Part shown: in pieces, positions 11,224 through 19,178 of the stretch | Position numbering within the stretch: the stretch's first letter is position 1 | How the letters are laid out: every line of letters starts with the position of its first letter | Assembly: GCA_030602705.1 (NCBI GenBank) | Contig: JAUVZF010000009.1 | Location: 94 to 64,093, forward strand | Length of the DNA: 64,000 nucleotides | Origin: Planctomycetota bacterium | Lineage (GTDB): Bacteria > Planctomycetota > Phycisphaerae > FEN-1346 | Direction: 5' to 3' | Translations under genes and position numbers: made by a program | Notes under the pieces: generated by a model | Seen by the model: the letters and a program-made list of their open reading frames with translations, nothing else | What the model was told of the DNA's origin: nothing | Database searches by the model: none

Positions 11224-12042
11224 TCAGCCGGATGGCATCTGGTCCAAAGTCTGGACCCGTTCCGGGACGGGGTTGGCCGGCGCGTCCGGAAGCAGGCCCA
11301 TGTCCTCCTCGATGCGCCGGGTGGCGAGGGACGCGTACTGCTCGGATAACTCCGTGCCGACCCACCGGCGCCCGTGGCGGGCGGCGGCGACCAGCGTCGT
11401 GCCGCTGCCGGCGAACGGGTCGAGCACCACGTCGCCCGGCCTCGAGCACGCCAGGATGATCCGCGTGAGCAGTTTCACCGGCATCTGGCACGGGTGCCAG
11501 CCCACCCGTTCCTTGAACGTGCCGCACACCCGCGAGATCGTCCACACGTCGTCCGGCAGTTTGCCCTTCGGGTTGGCACGCTTGTCGTTGTACTTCAGTT
11601 GCCGGTCGGACGGCACGCGGACGGCGTCGCCGTTGAAGGTAAACGCATGGGGGTCCTTCACGAAATAGAACAGGTGAGCGTGGCCGCGGTTGAACTTGGC
11701 CTTGCAGTTCTGGCCGAACGTGTAGTGCCAGATGACCCAATTCCGCAGCGTCGCCCACCGGTTCTCGCGCATCATCATGCGGACCTCGGCGGCGTATTCG
11801 TCGCCGATGGCGATCCAGAACGTGCCGTCCGGCGCGAGAACACGCAGGCACTCGTAGATCCACCGCTCCGTCCAGTCGACGTACTCGTCGTGCTCCAGGT
11901 CGTCCTGGTACTTGTCGTACTCGTACCCGATGTTGAACGGCGGGTCGGCGAACACCAGGTCCACGCAGCCCTCGGGCCACGTGGGCAGGACCTCCAGGAG
12001 GTCCCCTTGAACGATCGTGCCGAGCGGCGGCGGATCGGACAT
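11224..12042 (-). CDS. Site-specific DNA methyltransferase (N4-C/N6-A, beta class), orphan
   Basis: ADPPFN catalytic motif precedes HPCQMP and VLDPFAGSGTT SAM-binding motif. Confidence 0.92.
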   Translation of the reverse strand: MSDPPPLGTIVQGDLLEVLPTWPEGCVDLVFADPPFNIGYEYDKYQDDLEHDEYVDWTERWIYECLRVLAPDGTFWIAIGDEYAAEVRMMMRENRWATLRNWVIWHYTFGQNCKAKFNRGHAHLFYFVKDPHAFTFNGDAVRVPSDRQLKYNDKRANPKGKLPDDVWTISRVCGTFKERVGWHPCQMPVKLLTRIILACSRPGDVVLDPFAGSGTTLVAAARHGRRWVGTELSEQYASLATRRIEEDMGLLPDAPANPVPERVQTLDQMPSG

Positions 12043-12098
12043 TCGCGTTATCCCAACGGGTTGCGGCTCCAGGGCGGCGCTGCCCTGCGCCAGAGTTC

Positions 12099-12126
12099 TT
12101 TACAACTCCGTCGCCCGGATTATAAT
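12099..12126 (+). promoter_or_regulatory. Sigma70-type promoter for dacB
   Basis: TTTACA-16 bp-TATAAT. Confidence 0.55.
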
Positions 12127-12200
12127 CGTCCCGGCGGCGGCTGCAAGCCTTTCGTCGCTCTTCAACGGTTTGGGCTTCAACGTAAGGAAACGTGCGGCTG

Positions 12201-13730
12201 ATGCGCAAGCGCTACCTCGGGATTCTGCTCGTCTGTTTCCTCGCAGTTTGCCTCGCCTGCGTCTCCCATGCACGGGCCGCCGGGCCGACCGCAGCCGTCA
12301 AAACGCTTCGCGCTCGTTGCGAGCAGATCCTCGCCGGCGCCGGACTCGCGAAGACGGTAGTTGCGGTCCACGCCGTTGCTCTGGCGGCCCCGCCGGGGCA
12401 CGTACGAAACGACGTGCTCTACAGCCTGCGGCCGGACGTGCCGCTCATCCCCGCCAGCACGATGAAACTGGTGACGACGGCCGCCTGTTTCGACCGCCTG
12501 GGTCCCGACTGGCGCATCCGGACGCACGTCGGCCGCATCCCATCGACCACGCAGAAAGGCAAGTGGGACCTGGCGGTCATCGGCGGCGGCGACCCGAACT
12601 TCTCCGGACACTCCTACGCAGGCGACACCATCGGCGCGTTCCGCCGGTGGGCCGAGGTCCTCAAGGGGCGCGGCGTGACGGCCGTCGAGCGGGTCATCCT
12701 GGACGATACGCTCTTCGACACCGTGCTCGTGCATCCGAACTGGCCGGCCAATCAGCGGGCCAAGTGGTACGAGGCCCCCGTCGGCGCCCTCTCGATCAAC
12801 GACAACTGCGCCAGCATCCACGTGGCGCCGGGCAAGGTGGGCGGGCCGGCACGCGTGTGGCTCGAACCGCCCGGCGGCATCGCACGCATCACGGGCAGGA
12901 TACTGACGGTCGCCGACCGCAAGGCCCACCTGTTCAGCCTCGAGCGGGTGGTGGACGAGCAGGGCCTGACGATCCGCGCCGCCGGCCGCTATTGGAGCAA
13001 GGCGCCTGCGGTGGTCGAGTTCCGCACGCTCGACGACCCGACTCGCGTCTTCGGCCTGGCGCTGGTGCATGCGCTTCGGGCATCCGGCATCGAGGTGGGC
13101 GGGCCGGTGGTGCGTGCCCGGCTGGCGGCCCCCGGGGGCGCTGCGCGAAGGGATTTCGTCTGCGACTTCGTTCACGTCTCCCGTCTTGACTCCACCGTCG
13201 CCGTGGCCAACAAACGGAGCCAGGGGATGTACGCCGAGTGTCTGCTGAAACTGCTCGGCGCCTACGGCCTCACGCCGCACGTCACCACGCTGTTGCCGCC
13301 GCGGCAGGGATCGTGGCAGAGCGGGGCCGAGGAGGTCCGCCGCTGGCTCTCGCAGCGCGGCGTGCCGAACGCCGGGTGCGTCTTCGACGACGGCTCCGGC
13401 CTGTCGCGCCGGAACCGTCTGACGGCCTTCACCGTGACGCACCTTCTGGGGTTGATGCACCGGCTGCACGGCGCGAGGTTCGTCCAGACGCTCTCGGTGG
13501 CCGGCCGCGACGGCAGCCTGCACAAACGCATGCGCGGCACCGCCGCCGAGGGACGCGTGTACGGTAAGACGGGCTACGTGCGCGGCGTCAGCGCCCTGTC
13601 GGGCTACGTCTACGCCGCGAGCGGCCGGGTCATAGCGTACTCGATTCTGATGAACAACCTTCCCCCCCCCGCCCTCTGGAAGGCGCGCCTCGCGCAGGAC
13701 AAAATCTGCATTCGCCTTGTTGACATGTAG
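12201..13730 (+). CDS. dacB: D-alanyl-D-alanine carboxypeptidase/endopeptidase (PBP4, peptidase S13)
   Basis: Signal peptide, PASTMK (SxxK), GGGDP, DGSGLSRRN, GKTG. Alternative start GTG 12192. Confidence 0.9.
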   Translation: MRKRYLGILLVCFLAVCLACVSHARAAGPTAAVKTLRARCEQILAGAGLAKTVVAVHAVALAAPPGHVRNDVLYSLRPDVPLIPASTMKLVTTAACFDRLGPDWRIRTHVGRIPSTTQKGKWDLAVIGGGDPNFSGHSYAGDTIGAFRRWAEVLKGRGVTAVERVILDDTLFDTVLVHPNWPANQRAKWYEAPVGALSINDNCASIHVAPGKVGGPARVWLEPPGGIARITGRILTVADRKAHLFSLERVVDEQGLTIRAAGRYWSKAPAVVEFRTLDDPTRVFGLALVHALRASGIEVGGPVVRARLAAPGGAARRDFVCDFVHVSRLDSTVAVANKRSQGMYAECLLKLLGAYGLTPHVTTLLPPRQGSWQSGAEEVRRWLSQRGVPNAGCVFDDGSGLSRRNRLTAFTVTHLLGLMHRLHGARFVQTLSVAGRDGSLHKRMRGTAAEGRVYGKTGYVRGVSALSGYVYAASGRVIAYSILMNNLPPPALWKARLAQDKICIRLVDM

Positions 13731-14063
13731 GCCGGGGCGTGCCCCGGCGTTCATGAGGAGGGTGGCACGGCAGTCCCACCGGGACGGCCGTGGGCCTCAA
13801 TCTCATGCGAAACGCACGGCCGGGCAAGACCGGCCGTGGCACACGTCCGGTTCGGTGCTCGGTCAGAATGAGAGATCAACTGCCCGCGATGCCTGTCGGA
13901 TGCTTCTCCAGAAACTCGGCGTGATGCGCACGGCCCGTTGAGTCTTTTAGGTTGCCGGGCCGGGCAGGGGGGCCTAATATCGACGGTGCGCCTTCTGGGA
14001 GTGGGTATCATCGCGGCGGTCCAGAGAGGCTGCCGCGCAGCGCAGGGGTTAGGGAGGGCATTG

Positions 14064-14708
14064 ATGTCCGACGTGTGGGCGGACGTTCTGGCGATCGGCT
14101 CTCTGGCGCAGAACCACTACTGGCACGAGAAGACGCCCGTCCGCCGCGAGTACGCCACCGCAACGCTCGTGCGGTCGGATGACGTGGTCCTGGTCGTTGA
14201 CCCCGGCTGGCCGCCCGACGTGCTCCGGGCCGCCCTGTATTATCGGTCGGGCCTGGAGCCGGCGGCGGTCACGCACGTGTTCCTGACGCATTTCGATCCG
14301 GCGCATTTCGGCGGCATCGGCCTGTTCGCCGGCGCTGCCTGGTCGATGTACGAGGAGGAGATCCGCTGGGCCGAGGCCGAGGCGCCGGCCGGGGACGCGG
14401 GACGCGAGGTCCTGGCCCGAATCGGCGAGGCACCGGAGAAGTTCGCCCCGGGGGTGGATCTGTTCCCCACGTTCGGCCACACGCCGGGCCATTGTTCGCT
14501 GCTCGTCTACACGGCCATCCAGAGCCTTATCGTCGCGGGCGACGCCGTGCTGACGCGCGACCACTTCGAGCGCGGCGACCTCGGCCGGAGGCAATGGGAC
14601 CTGGAGAAGGCGAAGGAATCGTTCCAGGACGTGCTCGAGATCGCCGACCTCATCGTGCCCGGCCACGACAACCTGTTCGTCTGCCGCACGCCCGGGGGGC
14701 TGCTGTAA
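14064..14708 (+). CDS. MBL-fold metallo-hydrolase with degenerate metal motif
   Basis: VDPG, THFDPAHFGG, GHTPGH, AGDA, PGHD. Confidence 0.82.
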   Translation: MSDVWADVLAIGSLAQNHYWHEKTPVRREYATATLVRSDDVVLVVDPGWPPDVLRAALYYRSGLEPAAVTHVFLTHFDPAHFGGIGLFAGAAWSMYEEEIRWAEAEAPAGDAGREVLARIGEAPEKFAPGVDLFPTFGHTPGHCSLLVYTAIQSLIVAGDAVLTRDHFERGDLGRRQWDLEKAKESFQDVLEIADLIVPGHDNLFVCRTPGGLL

Positions 14709-14755
14709 AGCCAATGACGAATGCCTATTGATCTTTGCGCCGTTAAAGTAAGACA

Positions 14756-15299
14756 TTACATTTCCAGTTGGGCACTATGAAAGAACGAACGCAACAGTTG
14801 CGGCCGGCGGCGAGTCTGGGCGACGGATTCCATCGTCTCCTCCCGCAAGTCGGCCAGATCGTCCGGGACATAGTTGGCCAAGTCGCCGTACTTCGTGTGG
14901 TCCCAGACGGACTCCACCGGGTTGAGGTCCGGCGCGTAGGGCGGCAACCATTCCACCTGGAACCGCTCGTCCCCCGCCAGGGCCTTGGCCGCCTTGCGAT
15001 GGACCGACCAGCGGTCCAGAACGACGATCAGCTTCCGGCCCAACGACCGCTGCACGCCCCGCAGGAAGGCCTCGACCTCCTCGGCCGTGACGTTGTGCTC
15101 GTACACCGCGAAGTACAGCCCGATCCGCCGCCTCCGGGCCGAGACGCTCAGGCCCGCGATGACGCTCAGCCGGTCGTGACGGTCCCACGAGTACATCACC
15201 GGCGTCCGCCCGCACGGCGCCCAGGTGCGACGCACCAACGGCTGAAGCATCAGGCCCGTTTCATCGAGGAAAACGATACTACGGCCGCTTCGCCGGGCG
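14756..15299 (-). CDS. IS630 transposase, DDE half (frameshifted)
   Basis: IVFLDETG, VVLDRWSVH, LPPYAPDLNPVE; frame opens right after the A7 run. Confidence 0.88.
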
Positions 15300-15764
15300 T
15301 TTTTTTATATGCGGCCACGTCTCGCGACGCCAGCGGGCAATGGCCTCCTCGTCCCGTTCCCGGGCCCGGCGCTCGGGCTTCTGGCAACTCCAGCCCAAGC
15401 CTCGCAACACCCGCCACACGTGGCACGGGTGATACCGGACGCCGAAGTGCCGGGCGATCACCTCGGCCACCCGCGCGAGCGTCCACAGTTCCGTGCGGTA
15501 GCCGTGGGATCGCGGCCCTTGGAGCAACAGCGCCGACAGCCGCTCCCGTTGGGCCGCCGTCAGCCGCGGCTGCCCGCCGGGATGGGGCTTGGCCGACAAG
15601 CCGGCCTCGCCGCTTTCGGCGTAGGCCCGCTTCCAGCGGCTCACCGCGGCCTCCGAGACGCCCAGCACCCGGGCCACCTGAGCCCCGCTCAACCCTTCGC
15701 CCAACAGCGCCACGGCCTGTCGCCGCCGCTGTTCCAGTTCCGCCGCCGATCCTTTGGTTCTCAT
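15279..15764 (-). CDS. IS630 transposase, HTH half
   Basis: HTH (VARVLGVSEAAVSRW), winged HTH (WTLARVAEVI...LGWSCQKP), ends WPHIKK at the A7 run. Confidence 0.88.
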   Translation of the reverse strand: MRTKGSAAELEQRRRQAVALLGEGLSGAQVARVLGVSEAAVSRWKRAYAESGEAGLSAKPHPGGQPRLTAAQRERLSALLLQGPRSHGYRTELWTLARVAEVIARHFGVRYHPCHVWRVLRGLGWSCQKPERRARERDEEAIARWRRETWPHIKKRPAKRP

Positions 15765-15956
15765 ACCACGTACATCGGCAAGCCAGCGGCCTTACTTTAG
15801 CGGTGCAAAGGTCAATAATACCGAATGACTAATGAATGACGAAACGATAATGATGAATGGCGAAGGGCGTGGGGGGGTTCCTTTCTCGCCTCTCGCCCGG
15901 CCGGGTCGCTCGTGGCAAGTGCTGCTTCGTCATTCGTCATTGCCGTTTGATTCGTC

Positions 15957-16109
15957 GTACCTGTTTAGCGTGCTCTCGAAGCGATGTCATTTCGACCGAG
16001 CCCTCGCCAAAGGCGAGGGCGAGCGGAGAAATCTCGTCGTCCGGACACGGATAACGGCGAGATTCCTCGACTCGCTTCGCTCCCTCGGAATGACACGCTA
16101 AACACGTAC
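15957..16109. mobile_element. 153-bp MITE with IS66-like ends, copy 1
   Basis: TIRs GTACCTGTTTAGCGTG / CACGCTAAACACGTAC; 8-bp TSD GATTCGTC (15949-56, 16110-17). Confidence 0.85.
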
Positions 16110-16179
16110 GATTCGTCATTCGGGCTTCGTCATTCGTCATTTGCGGGCCGGCCATACGGCCCGTAGGGGAGGGCAGCGG

Positions 16180-17562
16180 ATGTTGAGTGTCCTGGCGGAG
16201 TTTCCCTTTCACCTGCTGGCCATGGCGCTGCTGTTGGGGGCGTCGGCGTTCTTCTCCGGCGCCGAGACGGCGATGTTCAACCTCTCACGGGAGCAACTGC
16301 GCCGGTTCCGCCTCTCACGGAGTCCGTTTCGCCGGGTCGCCGCCCACCTCATGGACGAGCCGCGGCGGGTGCTGGTGACCGTTCTGGCCGGCAACATGAC
16401 GGTGAACGTGGCGTTCTTCGTCATGGGCGTGATGCTCATGCACAGGGTCGGCGTGCGGCAGCCGGAGGCGGTAGGCACGTGGCGGTTCGTCATCGGGACG
16501 CTCACGCCGCTGCTGGTCATCGTCTTCGGCGAGGTCACGCCGAAGAGCGTTGCGGCCACGATGCCGGGCCGGCTGGCCCCCGTGGCCGGTCTGCCGCTCA
16601 TGGTGCTCGGCTACGTTGTGCTTCCGGTTCGGCTCCTGCTCGGTTACGCGGTCGTTGTGCCGCTCACGCGTCTGATTACCGGCGGCCGCAGCAGGCAGGA
16701 GCGCGGTTTCGTGACGACCGAGGAACTCCGGGCAATCGTCGAGGTGGCCGAAAACGAGGGCACCGTCTCCAGCGCCGAGAGCGACATGCTCGCCGACATC
16801 CTCGAACTCGGCCAGATGAGGGTCCGCGAAGTCATGACGCCGCGAGTCGAGATCGTCGCCTGCGACGTCGGCACACCCACACCCGGTGTCCTGCCCGTCT
16901 TCAAGCGGTCGATGAAGACCAAGATCCTTGTGTACGAAGGGCGGATGGACAACGTCGTCGGCGTGGTGTACGCCAAGACGGCGCTGCTGAACCCCGAGGC
17001 GCCGCTGGCCGACCTGGTGCGGCCGGTCCATTACGTGCCGGAGACCAAGACGGTCGAGAGTCTGCTGAAGATGTTCCGATCGCGGCGGATTCAGTTCGCC
17101 GTGGTGGTGGATGAATACGGCGGCCTGGCGGGCCTTGTGACGCTGGAAGATTGCCTGGAAGAGATCGTCGGCGAGATCGAAGACGAGACCGACCGTCCCT
17201 CGGCCGAGCCGGTGCAGCGGCTGAGCGGATCGCAGTACCTGCTGGCAGGCAACCTCTCGATCCGCAGTTGGGAGGACCTGTTCGACATGGACCTTCCGGA
17301 GGGCGGCGGCCGGTACTCGACGGTGGCGGGGTTCGTGACCAGTTTGCTGGGGCGGTTGCCACAGTGCGGCGACACGGCCCGCTACAGGAACCTCGAGTTC
17401 TGTGTGGACCAGGTCCGCCGCCGGCGCGTGACGCGCGTCCGCCTGCGTCTGCTGCCGGGAGGCGACGCGCCCGGCGCCGTAAGGCATCCGTCTGAAAAGG
17501 ATACGGGCCCGTATGGGGAAGCGGCCGACGGTGCTGCCGCCGAGGCGGAAGGTGACGAGTGA
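16180..17562 (+). CDS. Hemolysin/CNNM family protein (CNNM-CBS-CBS-CorC)
   Basis: [43 protein letters not shown]. Confidence 0.9.
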   Translation: MLSVLAEFPFHLLAMALLLGASAFFSGAETAMFNLSREQLRRFRLSRSPFRRVAAHLMDEPRRVLVTVLAGNMTVNVAFFVMGVMLMHRVGVRQPEAVGTWRFVIGTLTPLLVIVFGEVTPKSVAATMPGRLAPVAGLPLMVLGYVVLPVRLLLGYAVVVPLTRLITGGRSRQERGFVTTEELRAIVEVAENEGTVSSAESDMLADILELGQMRVREVMTPRVEIVACDVGTPTPGVLPVFKRSMKTKILVYEGRMDNVVGVVYAKTALLNPEAPLADLVRPVHYVPETKTVESLLKMFRSRRIQFAVVVDEYGGLAGLVTLEDCLEEIVGEIEDETDRPSAEPVQRLSGSQYLLAGNLSIRSWEDLFDMDLPEGGGRYSTVAGFVTSLLGRLPQCGDTARYRNLEFCVDQVRRRRVTRVRLRLLPGGDAPGAVRHPSEKDTGPYGEAADGAAAEAEGDE

Positions 17563-18584
17563 TGGACGCGGTGCTTGAACTGCTCGATCCGTGGGGCCTG
17601 TATCTGCTGGCCCTGGTCGGCATGGCCGTCGCCGCCCTGGCCAACGGCATGGAGACGGGTCTGTACCGTCTGAACCGGATCCGGCTTCGCCTCAGGGGCG
17701 GGCAGGGCGACCGCCGCGCCGCCGTCCTGCTCGCGCTTCTGAAGGACCTGCGCGGCATGATCATCGTCTGCCTCATCGCGTACAACGGCGGCGTCTATCT
17801 GACGACGATCGTGGTGACGACGCTCGTGGCGGCGTCGGGCTGGGTCGGAACGGCCGCCGGCGTCGAGGTGTTGGCGACGGCTATCCTGACGCCGCTCTTC
17901 TTTGTCTTCACGGACGTGACGCCCAAGAGCATCTTTGTCGTGGAGGCGGACCGATGGACGTATCCGTTGGCGCATCCGATGCGGTGGGCTTATGCCCTGC
18001 TGCGGGGCGTGGGGCTGGTGCCGGCCCTTAAGGGCGTCAGCAATCTGGTGCTGCGGATCGCCAAGACCAGCGGCGCCGAGGGCGCTAACCCGTTCACACC
18101 GCGACAGCGGCTCCGGGCCGTCATCCGCGAGGGAGTGGCCGAGGGCGTCATCACAGGCTACCAGGACGAACTGGTGGAGAAGGTCCTGGGCCTGCGCGAA
18201 CGACCCGTGCGGCAGGTGATGATCCACATGAGGTACGTGGCAGCGGTTCCGGCGAACGTCAGCCGGCAGCGGTTCAGGCGGGAACTCAGCCGCCACTCCT
18301 ACACGCGACTGCCCGTCTATGAAAAGCACCGGGACAACATCGTCGGCATCGTTCGCATCAACGACGTGCTGGCCGAGGGTGGCCAGGCGTTCGACCTCTC
18401 GCGCATCATGAGCCGCGAGGTCGTCACGGTGCCGCCCGAGATGACGGTCAGCGCGGCGATGCTGCGCATGCGAGGGGCACGGGCCGCCATGGCCATCGTC
18501 CATGACGCCAGGGGCCGGGCCGTCGGCATCATTACGATCAAGGACCTCGTTGAGGAGATCGTCGGCGAATTGGCGGCCTGGTAA
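17559..18584 (+). CDS. CNNM/CBS domain protein, second of a tandem pair
   Basis: NGMETG, DVTPKS, YTRLPVY, TIKDLVEEIVGEL; overlaps the upstream stop. Confidence 0.88.
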   Translation: MMDAVLELLDPWGLYLLALVGMAVAALANGMETGLYRLNRIRLRLRGGQGDRRAAVLLALLKDLRGMIIVCLIAYNGGVYLTTIVVTTLVAASGWVGTAAGVEVLATAILTPLFFVFTDVTPKSIFVVEADRWTYPLAHPMRWAYALLRGVGLVPALKGVSNLVLRIAKTSGAEGANPFTPRQRLRAVIREGVAEGVITGYQDELVEKVLGLRERPVRQVMIHMRYVAAVPANVSRQRFRRELSRHSYTRLPVYEKHRDNIVGIVRINDVLAEGGQAFDLSRIMSREVVTVPPEMTVSAAMLRMRGARAAMAIVHDARGRAVGIITIKDLVEEIVGELAAW

Positions 18585-18610
18585 CGCGGCGGTTTAGCAC
18601 CGGTATAGCA

Positions 18611-19075
18611 GGGTGGCACGGCCACGCGCAGCGTGACCGTGGGCTCCTCGGCGCGATGCGGCCCACGGCCGCGTCTTCGCCGCTGCCGTGCCACCTTCCT
18701 GGCCGGGTGGCACGGCCACGCGCAGCGTGACCGTGTGCTCCTCGGCGCGACGCGGCCCACGGCCGCTGCTTCGCCGCTGCCGTGCCACCCTCCTGGCCGG
18801 GTGGCACGGTCTCGCGCAGCGTGACCGTGTGCTCCTCGGCGCGACACGGCCCACGGCCGCTGCTTCGCCGCTGCCGTGCCACCTTCCTGGCCGGGTGGCA
18901 CGGCCCCGCGCAGCGTGACCGTGTGCTCCTCGGCGCGATGCGGCCCATGGCCGCGTCTTCGCCGCTGCCGTGCCACCCTCCTGGCCGGGTGGCACGGCCA
19001 CGCGCAGCGTGACCGTGGGCTCCTCGGCGCGACACGCACCACGGCCACGCATACTGCCGCGTGACCGTGCCACCC
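18611..19075. repeat. Tandem array of five 94-bp units (GGGTGGCACGG...CCGTGCCACC REP doublets)
   Basis: Units begin at 18611, 18705, 18799, 18893 and 18987. Confidence 0.92.
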
Positions 19076-19178
19076 TCTGTGTCGCGCTTGCCTGCAAACC
19101 CCCGCGCCACCGTTTTTGCTTTCTCCCCATCCGGCGCCGCGCTATAATCCGGTTCCCTGTTTCCGAGGAGACCGTTTG

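Larger units (their letters stand above)
14728..15815 (-). mobile_element. IS630-family insertion sequence
   Basis: Terminal IRs TTGATCTTTGCGCCGTTAAAGTAAG / CTTACTTTAGCGGTGCAAAGGTCAA, TA duplication (14726-27, 15816-17), two transposase ORFs. Confidence 0.93.

Noticed and set aside
18611..19075. Possible CRISPR array
   Set aside because: Whole 94-bp units are near-identical with no unique spacers, and no cas genes are present.
18594..19178. Repetitive ORFs across the 94-bp array and other repeat regions (e.g. 40180-40688)
   Set aside because: Translations of non-coding repeats with no RBS or domain support.
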